Below are positions 12,383 to 22,785 of a DNA stretch of 64,000 nt, one piece after another. The notes below the pieces were generated by a model. The model was not told the origin of the DNA. It saw only the letters and a list, made by a program, of their open reading frames with translations, and searched no databases. Location of the stretch: positions 372,001 through 436,000 of the forward strand of contig NIVC01000208.1 in assembly GCA_002269645.1 (NCBI GenBank), written 5' to 3'. The position numbers were made by a program, and so were the translations under genes. This DNA comes from Macrostomum lignano. Its lineage: Eukaryota. Each line of letters starts with the position of its first letter. Position 1 is the first letter of the stretch.

Positions 12383-14330
12383 GGGTTCATTGGTCAGGGT
12401 TCATTGGTCAGGGTTCATTGGTCAGGGTTCATTGGTCAGGGTTCATTAGTCAGTGATTATTGTTCAGGGTTCATTGGTCAGGGTTCATTGGTCAGGGTTC
12501 ATTGGTCAGGGTTCATTGGTCAGGGTTCATTGGTCAGTGTTTATTGTTCAGGGTTCATTGGTCAGGGTTCATTGGTCAGGGTTCATTGGTCAGGGTTCAT
12601 TGGTCAGGGTTTATTGGTCAGGGTTCATTGGTCAGGGTTCATTGGTCAGGGTTCATTGGTCAGGGTTCATTGGTCAGGGTTTATTGGTCAGGGTTCATTG
12701 GTCAGGGTTCATTGGTCAGGGTTTATTGGTCAGGGTTCATTGGTCAGGGTTCATTGGTCAGGGTTTATTGGTCAGGGTTCATTGGTCAGGGTTTATTGGT
12801 CAGGGTTTATTGGTCAGGGTTCATTGGTCAGGGTTCATTGGTCAGGGTTTATTGGTCAGGGTTCATTGGTCAGGGTTCATTGGTCAGGGTTTATTGGTCA
12901 GGGTTCATTGGTCAGGGTTCATTGGTCAGGGTTCATTGGTCAGGGTTCATTAGTCAGGGTTCATTGGTCAGGGTTCATTAGTCAGGGTTCATTGGTCAGG
13001 GTTCATTGGTCAGGGTTTATTGGTCAGGGTTCATTGGTCAGGGTTTATTGGTCAGGGTTCATTGGTCAGGGTTTATTGGTCAGGGTTTATTGTTCAGGGT
13101 TCATTGGTCAGGGTTCATTGGTCAGGGTTCATTGGTCAGGGTTCATTGGTCAGGGTTTATTGGTCAGGGTTCATTGGTCAGGGTTCATTGGTCAGGGTTT
13201 ATTGGTCAGGGTTTATTGGTCAGGGTTTATTGGTCAGGGTTCATTGGTCAGGGTTCATTGGTCAGGGTTCATTAGTCAGGGTTCATTGGTCAGGGTTCAT
13301 TGGTCAGGGTTCATTGGTCAGGGTTTATTTGTCAGGGTTTATTGGTCAGGGTTCATTGGTCAGATCGCATTGGTCAGGGTTCATTGGTCAGGGTTCATTG
13401 GTCAGGGTTTATTGGTCAGGGTTCATTGTTCAGGGTTCATTGGTCAGGGTTCATTGGTCAGGGTTCATTGGTCAGGGTTTATTGGTCAGGGTTCATTGGT
13501 CAGGGTTCATTGGTCAGGGTTCATTGGTCAGGGTTTATTGGTCAGGGTTTATTGGTCAGGGTTTATTGGTCAGGGTTTATTGGTCAGGGTTCATTGGTCA
13601 GGGTTCATTGGTCAGGGTTCATTGGTCAGGGTTTATTAGTCAGTGTTTATTGTTCAGGGTTCATTGGTCAGGGTTCATTGGTCAGGGTTCATTGGTCAGG
13701 GTTCATTGGTCAGGGTTCATTGGTCAGGGTTCATTGGTCAGGGTTTATTGGTCAGGGTTTATTGGTCAGGGTTCATTGGTCAGGGTTCATTGGTCAGGAT
13801 TTATTGGTCAGGGTTTATTGGTCAGGGTTCATTGGTCAGGGTTTATTGGTCAGGGTTCATTGGTCAGGGTTCATTGGTCAGGGTTCATTGGTCAGGGTTC
13901 ATTGGTCAGATCGCATTGGTCAGGGTTCATTGTTCAGGGTTCATTGTTCAGGGTTCATTGTTCAGGGTTCATTGGTCAGGGTTCATTGGTCAGGGTTTAT
14001 TGGTCAGGGTTCATTGGTCAGGGTTCATTGGTCAGGGTTCATTGGTCAGGGTTCATTGGCCAGGGTTCATTGGTCAGGGTTTATTGGTCAGGGTTTATTG
14101 GTCAGGGTTAATTGGTCAGGATTTATTGGTCAGGGTTCATTGGTCAGGATTTATTGGTCAGGGTTCATTGGTCAGGGTTCATTGATCAGGGTTTATTGGT
14201 CAGATCTCATTGGTCAGGGTTCATTGGTCAGGGTTTATTGGTCAAGGTTTATTGGTCAGGGTTTATTGGTCAGGGTTTATTGGTCAGGTTTATTGGTCAG
14301 GGTTCATTGGTCAGGGTTCATTGGTCAGGA
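12383..14330. repeat. 14-bp minisatellite T(C/T)ATTGGTCAGGGT, ~140 units, immediately upstream of the CEP83 start
   Basis: Directly visible. It produces the stop-free spurious ORFs at 12404-14343. Confidence 0.95.
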
Positions 14331-15204
14331 TATTAGCGAGTAAATCTTATCAAGTCTTAATTATCCAGTATTAATAATAATTACTATTAATTCTGCTTTA
14401 GTTATTGACATTGGCATCCAGACAACAATACAAACCAACCCGCACAAACAAATTATACAATACTACGATACTACAATAATCATATAATAATCGATACGCA
14501 TAAAAACGAAGTTAAAGCAGATTACAGAAAGTAACAGCCGTAAGCGCCGCGTGTTTATACTCGAGTCGAACATTATCTCAAAGACTAGACAGAAAATCAT
14601 TGATAGACAATATTCGAGATTTTTTTTACCAAACACAATGCAAAACGCGACACTTACTACTTTAAGCGGTAATTCAAAGTTTAACAAGAAAGTTACAATT
14701 CATGCAATTAATATTGGAAAATAATGTTTTGAATCACAGATGTTGAAGTTATTGAAGCATTTGTGCACACTTTTTCAGTTTTGAATATTATCAAAAAACA
14801 TATATATATATTCACAACTTAACTACCTCAGGGTTAGTTTAGTGCATGTTTTTGTGTTTGGGTCACTAAGAAATATCGATGTTAACCAGGCTATTATTTA
14901 TGGGTGGACAATTAACCACAATCACTATTTACTACGGTAGTGTTTTCTAAGAATTTTGCAATCACCAAACTACTGGCATATAAAAATTTTAGCAAATCAA
15001 GGAGACAATCATTAAAACTTTCGTCTTCAAATTTGTACACAGACAATGGAATGGCAAGAAAAATTAGGATAATAGCCAGAAACACAACGATACATTTTAC
15101 GGCCATGAGCTTTTGAGACCTTTATTAATGATGGTTTAGGACACCAATAATACATGGAGGTTAAAGAAATTTAAAAAAGATTATGACAGCACGTACAGAC
15201 ACCA

Positions 15205-15662
15205 TTTTTCTTTCTGTCTGTCTGTCTGTCTGCTGTGTCTGCCTGCTGTCTGTCTGTCTTCAGTGTTTGTCTGTCTGTCTGTCTTCTGTGTCTGTCTGTC
15301 TGTCTGTCTTCTGTGTCTATCTGTCTGTCTGTCTTCAGTGTCTGTCTGTCACTTTGTCTGTCTGTCACTGTGTCTGTCTTCTGTCTGTCTTCTGTGTCTG
15401 TCTGTCTGTCTGTCTGTCTTCAGTGTCTGTCTGTCACTTTGTCTGTCTGTCTTTAGTGTCTGTCTGTCACTTTGTCTGTCTGTCGCTGTGTCTGTCTGTC
15501 ACTGTGTCTGTCTGTCTGTCTTCTGTGTCTGTCTGTCTGTCTGTCTTCAGTGTCTGTCTGTCACTTTGTCTGTCTGTCGCTGTGTCTGTCTGTCTGTCTC
15601 TCTTCGGTGTCTGTCTGTCACTGTGTCTGTCTGTCTGTCTGTCTTATGTGTCTGTCTGTCGG
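15205..15662. repeat. Compound (TGTC)n/(TG)n microsatellite, probably in the SYS1 3' UTR
   Basis: Directly visible. AATAAA on the minus strand at 15121-15126 lies downstream of it. Confidence 0.88.
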
Positions 15663-15825
15663 TCTATCATATTGTCTGTCTCGTTTTGTTTGCCTTATAT
15701 ATTCCTATCAGTATATCTATCTACCTACTGTACATACCTATCCCTATATACATTCATTAAAACCAATGTCTTTCCTTCAATAAGAAAAGCAGCAGCAACT
15801 ACTACGCCAAACCAATGCAGAGTCA

Positions 15826-16287
15826 TCACAGATCAATGCGAGCAGTGTGCACCGGAATGTCCTGCAGCTCGGCGCGCAGGCACAGAAACTCGCCAAGCAC
15901 GGTGGTGATCACAGCGGCTACCGAATTGGTCAACCACCAGACAAAATTAGTAGGGAAAGCTCTATTATAAATACAAGTAAATAGCAGATGATAGACAAAG
16001 ACTGTAACGCTAAAGTCCAAGCACTGTTTAGTCCGGCGAACAACAAACAATAGACCAGCTGACAAAGTGAACGAATTCAGCAGGCAGGTCAGTACAGACA
16101 ATTTGCCTGGGGTGTCGCGAAATCTCAGATAAGCAAATGAGAAAATCTGCGACAAACTCGGCGATTGCATCACGAACAGATTGGTTGCTAGGGTCCAAAT
16201 GCATAGGCAGAAATAATACAGCGATTGCATAGCAATGATTTGGGCAATAATCAGGGCGGGATCCCAGCCGCTGGCACGGAATCCCAT
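15826..16287 (-). CDS. SYS1: SYS1 Golgi integral membrane protein homologue, 153 aa, intronless CDS
   Basis: N-terminal [23 protein letters not shown], central [13 protein letters not shown] and C-terminal [15 protein letters not shown] match the SYS1 family. Four hydrophobic segments are present. Confidence 0.92.
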   Translation of the reverse strand: MGFRASGWDPALIIAQIIAMQSLYYFCLCIWTLATNLFVMQSPSLSQIFSFAYLRFRDTPGKLSVLTCLLNSFTLSAGLLFVVRRTKQCLDFSVTVFVYHLLFTCIYNRAFPTNFVWWLTNSVAAVITTVLGEFLCLRAELQDIPVHTARIDL

Positions 16288-16929
16288 GGCTCTGAGGCGA
16301 TAGTAGACGATTAGCTTGCTTTAGGGCAGAATCAGTCTTTTAGAAGCAGGTCTGTACAGTAATTAGTAGTACTAACTGAAAAGACAAATTAATTATTAGG
16401 AATTTAGAATAAATCATTTTGTGTCCCAAATTAGGACCCTGGATAGCTTTTTATTTCTAAGTTCTACATTTTTTTATTTTTTTATTTTGTAATTCATATT
16501 TAATTTGGACTATCAATAACTTGGTACACAGGACACAAAATTTCATAAAAAGTATAAGTCTGCCTTCTATTGGCCATAGTAGAGTCCTTTGCAGGCTTAA
16601 ATGCCATATATCAATAATCACCAAGACTGAAAATGACTTGGCAGGCTACATTACAGAGGCAGTGGCAGCGCAGGCAGGAGGCAGATGGGGTACTGCTCCT
16701 GGATGACTATCTTTCTAACCCCCCTGGGGAGTTACCACCTTCCCATCCTTCCATGGGGTAACCTACCATCAATCTTTTAGTCTAAACTCATATACATTTT
16801 TGTAAGATTTTAGCATCCTAGGCTGCTCTAAGTCCAAAACTTTGCTAAGGGAGGAGGTGACCATCTAACCACTGCCCTCCCTAATCAGAGGTGCTGTGCC
16901 ACCACTGGAAAGAGGGCTACAGGCCAAAG

Positions 16930-17246
16930 TGTTAAGAAAATAAAGACTAAAAACTAACTACATTTAAATTAGAGTAATATTGAACAAATAAGATAAAGAG
17001 CCAGTAAGTGGGCGCAGGGCCCAAACCAATTAATTTTTGGAACATTTAACTTTGGGGGGTTGAGCCCAATATAATAAGGAGAGGGGTGGAGTGCGCTACT
17101 GAAGAGAGAGGCAAGAATGGAGAGCCAATCAGAAGGCAGCAAGGGAGAGAGATAAGAATAACAAGATAGAGCTAGACAAAGAGAAAGAAAAAGTAAACAG
17201 AGACAAGTGAAGGTGAACTAAAGAAATGACTAGGAAAGTTGCGACA
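16930..17246. mobile_element. Solo LTR (TG...CA), copy 1
   Basis: Starts TGT and ends GCGACA. Flanks are CAAAG/CACAG (5-bp TSD, one mismatch). Homologous over its full length to 21136-21455. Confidence 0.7.
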
Positions 17247-18757
17247 CACAGAAATGATCTGAGGGTGGTTGAAGGAGACCCCTGCTTTGAATTATTTGAT
17301 TTCTAGAATTTCTAAACTGCCTATTATATGTCAACTTTGAGTAATTTCTAAAGATGGAGTCTATTGACTCTACTCTTGCAACTTATACAAGTCAAAGGTT
17401 CAGTAAATGTAGGTTATGCTTGAGATGTTGGTATCTAATCAGGTTATCCAAAATGTTTTTGCACATATTTGTTGTTTTGATTGCTTATAACTATTTTGTT
17501 TTATTTTTTACAATTATTTTAGTATCTAATAGAAAAATTTGCAACCATTTAAATGAATTACACTATATACTAAATATAATTAAACATAATTTTAACTAAA
17601 GAAATAAAATACAAAATTTCACAATTTGTACTTTTTTCTTTTACAAATTAGAAATTTATGTTGAATAAATTTTATATGAACAGATATAGGATTTTATACT
17701 TTTTATTAATTTTTTGACAGACACCAGCTAGCATAGTGGTCTCTAATTTAGCATCTTGAAATTTAGACTGAAGAATATAAAAAACAATGAGCTTTAGATA
17801 TTGAAAAAAAATGCAAGTCTAAACATTTCAAATTTAAATCTTAAATGTATAATATTATAATCTCAACTATTATATTGAAAAATTTACACAACAATCAATT
17901 ACTTAAGGTTATTCAAATATTGAACTATATATACTAACGGATACCTTATAACCTACTAAAACATTGGCTGAAGATACTTAAGTATCTTCAAAAAAAAAAA
18001 AATTTTTTCTAATTATAGAATAGGCCTATTAATAAATTACAATTTTATATATTAATTTTAAAATGTACAAAAATCTTTTTATTTCTATATATACTGTATA
18101 GACATTAAGTTCTATTATAACTAAGGCTATATAAAAAAATTAAGATAAATACAATTCTAGCTATTGTTTTTGTCATTATATACAAAGATATATATTAATG
18201 ATGCTAAGTTCAAATCAAGCTTCACTTTTGGTAGCTTCAACCTAATTAAATGTCTTAAATTATATTTAGTATCAATATATATAGCTTAAAGGGTTGCCTC
18301 TCCCCTTTAGGCAATGACCCAAAAAATAAAATGAGGACCAAGCATTTTTTTGCCAAGAATAGAGCTACCTCTCTGCCCTCCTCTTCCTGGGACTGGCACA
18401 TGACTAAGACCGCCACATACTAAGATTGCCATAGCTATTACTGACAATTGGTATTAAAAAGGAGCTTCTCCTTCTCCTAAAACCAATCTTTTAAATATTG
18501 CTATTTGTCTTATAGGTTCCTTTTTTGCAGGCTATCAATAATAAGAATATCTTGTTGGCTTTCCTAGGCCTATTTATTTATCTTCTCTTTAGCACTATTT
18601 AATAACACATTGAGCCAATAATCCTCTAGCTTTTTAAGGATAGCAGTCTTGGTCCTATACCATGGGACTTTACCCTCTAGAATCTAACCCATCAAACAAT
18701 TTTTGGTTGCGCTACTGATCTAATTCAGAACTACGCCTAGGCCTTATAGTCTATAGA

Positions 18758-19211
18758 CCATAGCTGGGAAGGTGGCAGTTTTTGGTGAATTTTCCGGCGC
18801 AAATTGGCCCTTTTTTGGCACACACGGCGCACATGGCATACAAGGAAAAATTGGAAATGCTCTGGCAGCACACATGGCGCATGGTGCTGAAAAAATATAT
18901 ATAGTTACACTTCGTTATACTTTGCAAAATATATAGTGTTTGGCCTAATTCCATAATTCGTAAAATAAAATTACGTAAATTACATAAATTACATAAATCA
19001 TGATATAAAATACACAAATGAAATTCAAATTTGTCTACCGTAAATTCTTTATAGTAGAATAAATACCTTACCTTACCTTACCTTACCTTAGACTTACCTT
19101 ATCATGGCGCGCTGCGGGGCACAAAATCTTTTCTTCATGGCACACGGCGCACAGTGCTCAAAAGCCATTGATATAGTTCCGGCGCACACTGTGCCACCTT
19201 CCTGACTATGG
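18758..19211. mobile_element. Non-autonomous TIR element (MITE), superfamily uncertain
   Basis: Imperfect ~20-bp TIRs CCATAGCTGGGAAGGTGGCA / TGCCACCTTCCTGACTATGG, flanked on both sides by the palindrome TCTATAGA, so the exact TIR/TSD boundary is ambiguous. Confidence 0.65.
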
Positions 19212-19402
19212 TCTATAGATAAAGTCTTGAAGGCTATCTTTTCAAATTGTTTGTTTAATTCCAAATCCCACCCCCACCACCCTTGAATAGAGGCCCTATT
19301 GCAGCGCATGGCTTAAGTACGCCAGATGCCTACACAACCTGCGCCACGCTGTGAAATGACTTACCTATGAAAGAAACTCTAAAGCAAAATTAACGCAGTT
19401 TT

Positions 19403-19473
19403 GGGTAAACGGCAGGAGTAACTATGACTGTCTTATCAAGCCTAAATGCCTCGGCATCTAATTAGTACCGCGC
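19403..19473 (+). rRNA. Isolated, degenerate ~70-nt fragment of eukaryotic 28S rRNA (helix 69-71 region); not a functional rRNA gene
   Basis: GGGTAAACGGCaGGAGTAACTATGACTgTCTTAtcaAGCCtAAATGCCTCGgCATCTAATTAGTacCGCGC compared with the canonical GGGTAAACGGCGGGAGTAACTATGACTCTCTTAAGGTAGCCAAATGCCTCGTCATCTAATTAGTGACGCGC. Confidence 0.75.
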
Positions 19474-21135
19474 CGCGCCGTACTAATCGCCGCGCGCCGT
19501 ACGCGCCGCGCCGCGCCGTATTAGATCCGCGCCGGACGCCGTCCGCCAAAATGCCCATGCGCTGCAATCAGGAATAGAGGGTGAAATAATTCCAGAAATA
19601 ATTAAACGAATGATTTGAGAAGATTGCCAGTCTTGAATTTAAGTCTATAGATAATATTTATATATATTAATAGAAACAATACAAATTTAATACAAATATA
19701 AATAAAGATATGAGACTCTTTAGAGGCCTAGTTTCATTGCAATATATAAATTATCTTTGCTTTTCTAGTTAAAATTGTCATATAAATATTATCATCAGTA
19801 TGCTATTGATGTGATAATTTTGAATATAACAACTTTGACTTAATTGTAACCTTAATAGGCCTAGTGCAGTAGTGCTAGGCAAAATGCATTACAAAATGTT
19901 GAAAATTTTTAATTAAGACCTAAAATATCTAATTAAAAAGTTTTTTATCACTTCTATAACTTTTTTATTAGGGCCTAATATTAGGTCTAGGCCTATTGGC
20001 TGGTACAGTACTACTAAGTATTAAATCATATCATAGACAATTGACTAGGGCCTAATTTGTAAAAGTGAGGTGTCTTTTTACTCAGGCACATAAGATTTAT
20101 AAAAAAAGAACAGAAAAAATATAAATATTAACTTTCAAAATATTAAATGGAGCGGTGGAGCCTACTAGAGTCCACTAGTAACTAGTGTTATTAGTGAATA
20201 CAAAGTTAAAATACATTCAACTTTCAAGCATTTAGGACCAAATAGCTAAGTACAGTATGCCTAACACTAATGTCATTGCAGTCCAATACATTCATTAAAT
20301 TACATGACATTATCATTACATTAAAGCTTGACAGATCAGAAGGTTAAAATATGGAAATGGCGGAATTGAATAGGGCAATTAGGCAAAGGTTAAGCCGAGT
20401 ACTTAGTGCGGCGGTTCGTAATACCTCGAATGACGTACATTTAAAGCTGTATTTAATTTAGTCATAAAACTAAAAAATGCATAAAACGATTTCATTTTTC
20501 TTTGCTGATAATGTTAAAGTTTACTTTTTATTTGGATTAGGTAAAGAAACTGCGTTATTCTGTCTGCGGTATTTATTGTCAAGATGACATTTTCAAAACA
20601 TTGAATTTCCACGAAATATTTTATAACCCGCTTGTCTTTTTGTCTTTGAAAATACAAAGCCTAAACCAGAGACCATGCGAATGCGATGGCACAGAAATGA
20701 GTTGCTAGAAAAAGCTGCCTGAAGCGGCTTACCAAAGCTGCAAATATATCTGTCACTAAAGTCCAGTTTTTTGACGGCAGCAATATTGGTTTCTGAAGTG
20801 TCAAATACTATTCAAATCAAATGCTTTTAAATACAGACTGTCTGTTAAAGACAGAATTTCACTCGGTCTGTTAATGGCAAAATTAATTGCTATCGAGTAT
20901 ATAAAACTAGCTAACGCTAGCGGATGCGTCTGTTACTCTGTTATAAAATGCCTTATTCTCTATTGGTATTGTATATCAAATCTAGAACATGTAAATAAGG
21001 TGACACTGACACCCAATGTTGCCTCTTGCTTGGCATATTTGTAGCAGCCTTTTAAAAGCGTGACATATTTCAATTAAATTTTATTAGTAAACTAGGGAAG
21101 GCAATGTTATGCTTCAACATTAAATCTTATGGAAT

Positions 21136-21455
21136 TGTAGAGAAAATAAGACTAAAAACACTAGAACTAAATTAGATGTTAAATTGAATACTAAGATACG
21201 CCAGTAAGTGGGCGCAGGGCCCAAACAAGTATATTTATATGACTAATTTAGAGGGGGGTTGACTCCAGATAATAAGGAGAGGGGTGAAGTGCGCGACTGA
21301 AGAGAGAGGCGAGAATGGAGAACCAATCAGAAGGCAGCAAGGGAGAGAGAGAGATAAGAATAACAAGATTGAGCTAGACACAGAGAGAGAGAGAAAACAG
21401 AGTAAACAGAGACAAGTGAAGGTGAACTAAAGAAATGACTAGGAAAGTCGCGACA
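21136..21455. mobile_element. Solo LTR (TG...CA), copy 2, 320 bp
   Basis: TGT...GCGACA with a perfect 5-bp TSD GGAAT (21131-21135 and 21456-21460). Same orientation as copy 1. Confidence 0.8.
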
Positions 21456-21513
21456 GGAATAAAACTTACGTTTACTAAACCTAATATCAATGATAACCTA
21501 AGGTGTTTTAGAA

Positions 21514-22178
21514 CATGGGTCGGCAACCTCTGGCCCATAGGCCAGATCTAGCCTGCAAAGACTTTCTGTGTAGCCCGCAAACTTCCTTTATCTTCAAATT
21601 CTTCATTATTACAATCCAGCCCATACCTTTATTGTAACCTAATTGTTTCTCCCACAAAAGTTGTGTGTACTCAAAGTGGAGAATTTCTTTCCTCAATTGT
21701 CAATTTTAATGACAAATTAGCAATGAGACATTAACTGAATATGAGTGGCTGTTTACAGAGTCTAGACTAGACAGCATACCAATTCAAAATTTTGAATAGA
21801 ATAGAAATAGGAGAACTGATAGTGAAGGAAAGTGAGGTAGGGCTTGGTGGTGGGCCAAAAATGGGGTACAAATATAGTACATTGTTAGGGCTAACTGTAT
21901 AGTTGAATTGGACCTTCTAAGAATATATTAAATTATGATGAACTTGTTTTCTAATTCTGTTTCTTCAGTATCAAATATTCTAGCCCATCAGTAGTGCAAC
22001 CAAAAATTTATTGAGGGGGTAGATTCTAGAGGGTAAAGTCGTAAAGACCCAGGGGGAATGGATTCTGGAGGGTAAAGACCCAGGGGGGCTTCAAAATAAT
22101 TGGGGGCAACCTGTGGCCTGTGGTCTTGGACTGAAAACCTCATGTAGCCCTCAAATGGAAAAAGGTTGCCAACCCTTG
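21514..22178. mobile_element. hAT (Charlie-like) MITE, CpG-decayed
   Basis: Ends CATGGGTCGGCAACC ... GGTTGCCAACCCTTG. 8-bp flanks TTTTAGAA/TTTTAGAG. Confidence 0.7.
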
Positions 22179-22785
22179 TTTTAGAGTATAAAATTGGTAT
22201 AAAACATGTATAAAAGATTTTTAAAAGGAATTCATGCACTGTAAGAATTTTGACTATTTTCCAATGTTTTAATATAAAAAAATCTAGCTTGCTTTTACCT
22301 ATAATAAGCTATGCATTTTCATTTGACTAATAATCACTTTCTTATAATCAATTTATTTATATTTTTATTCTTAAAATAAACAATTTAAATTTAAAAATTT
22401 TAGCAACTGGACGAAATTTTTGCTTGGCATATTTTAATGCAGGAAAGATTTACTTAAAACCTTTTTATTGTTAAATAAGAGTTTACAAAACAATATATTT
22501 TGAAGAATTTTGTCTATACTATATATATTCAATATTTTATCAGTATATTAAAAGTTGACATATTTTTTGTAAAATTAAACAATAAACAAATCAAATCAAA
22601 TTAGTTCTCAGTTAAAATAAACTTTTTTAAATAAATTCGGGCTATTCTGTAATCTGCAAATAATTTGTTACAATTAAGTATAATATCAATAGGGCTACAA
22701 TTTGATTCTTTTTTAAAGCAGAAATCATATATTGGATTGGATTTAAAATATTTTCATTATTTCTCTCTTTTTTTATGCCAATAAA

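Noticed and set aside
12404-14343. Long overlapping ORFs (also at 33-425, 7037-7894, 8434-8973, 15183-15908, 24003-25241, 30220-30609, 38169-40252, 43410-44128)
   Set aside because: They are translations of stop-free tandem repeat units, open in several frames at once and located in introns or spacers.
14912-15106. 64-aa hydrophobic ORF (MAVKCIVVFLAIILIFLAIPL...) as an extra operon gene
   Set aside because: Its ATG lies 15 nt after the likely SYS1 polyA signal, it has no good acceptor, and AT-rich DNA readily gives hydrophobic ORFs. I recognise no homology.
16640-16770. Possible hammerhead ribozyme or tRNA-like element
   Set aside because: CTGGATGA is not the CUGAUGA core, and I could not find a matching GAAA with the required stems or A/B boxes.
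19066-19101. Interstitial telomeric repeat
   Set aside because: The unit is TAAGG, not TTAGG or TTAGGG, and it lies inside a MITE.
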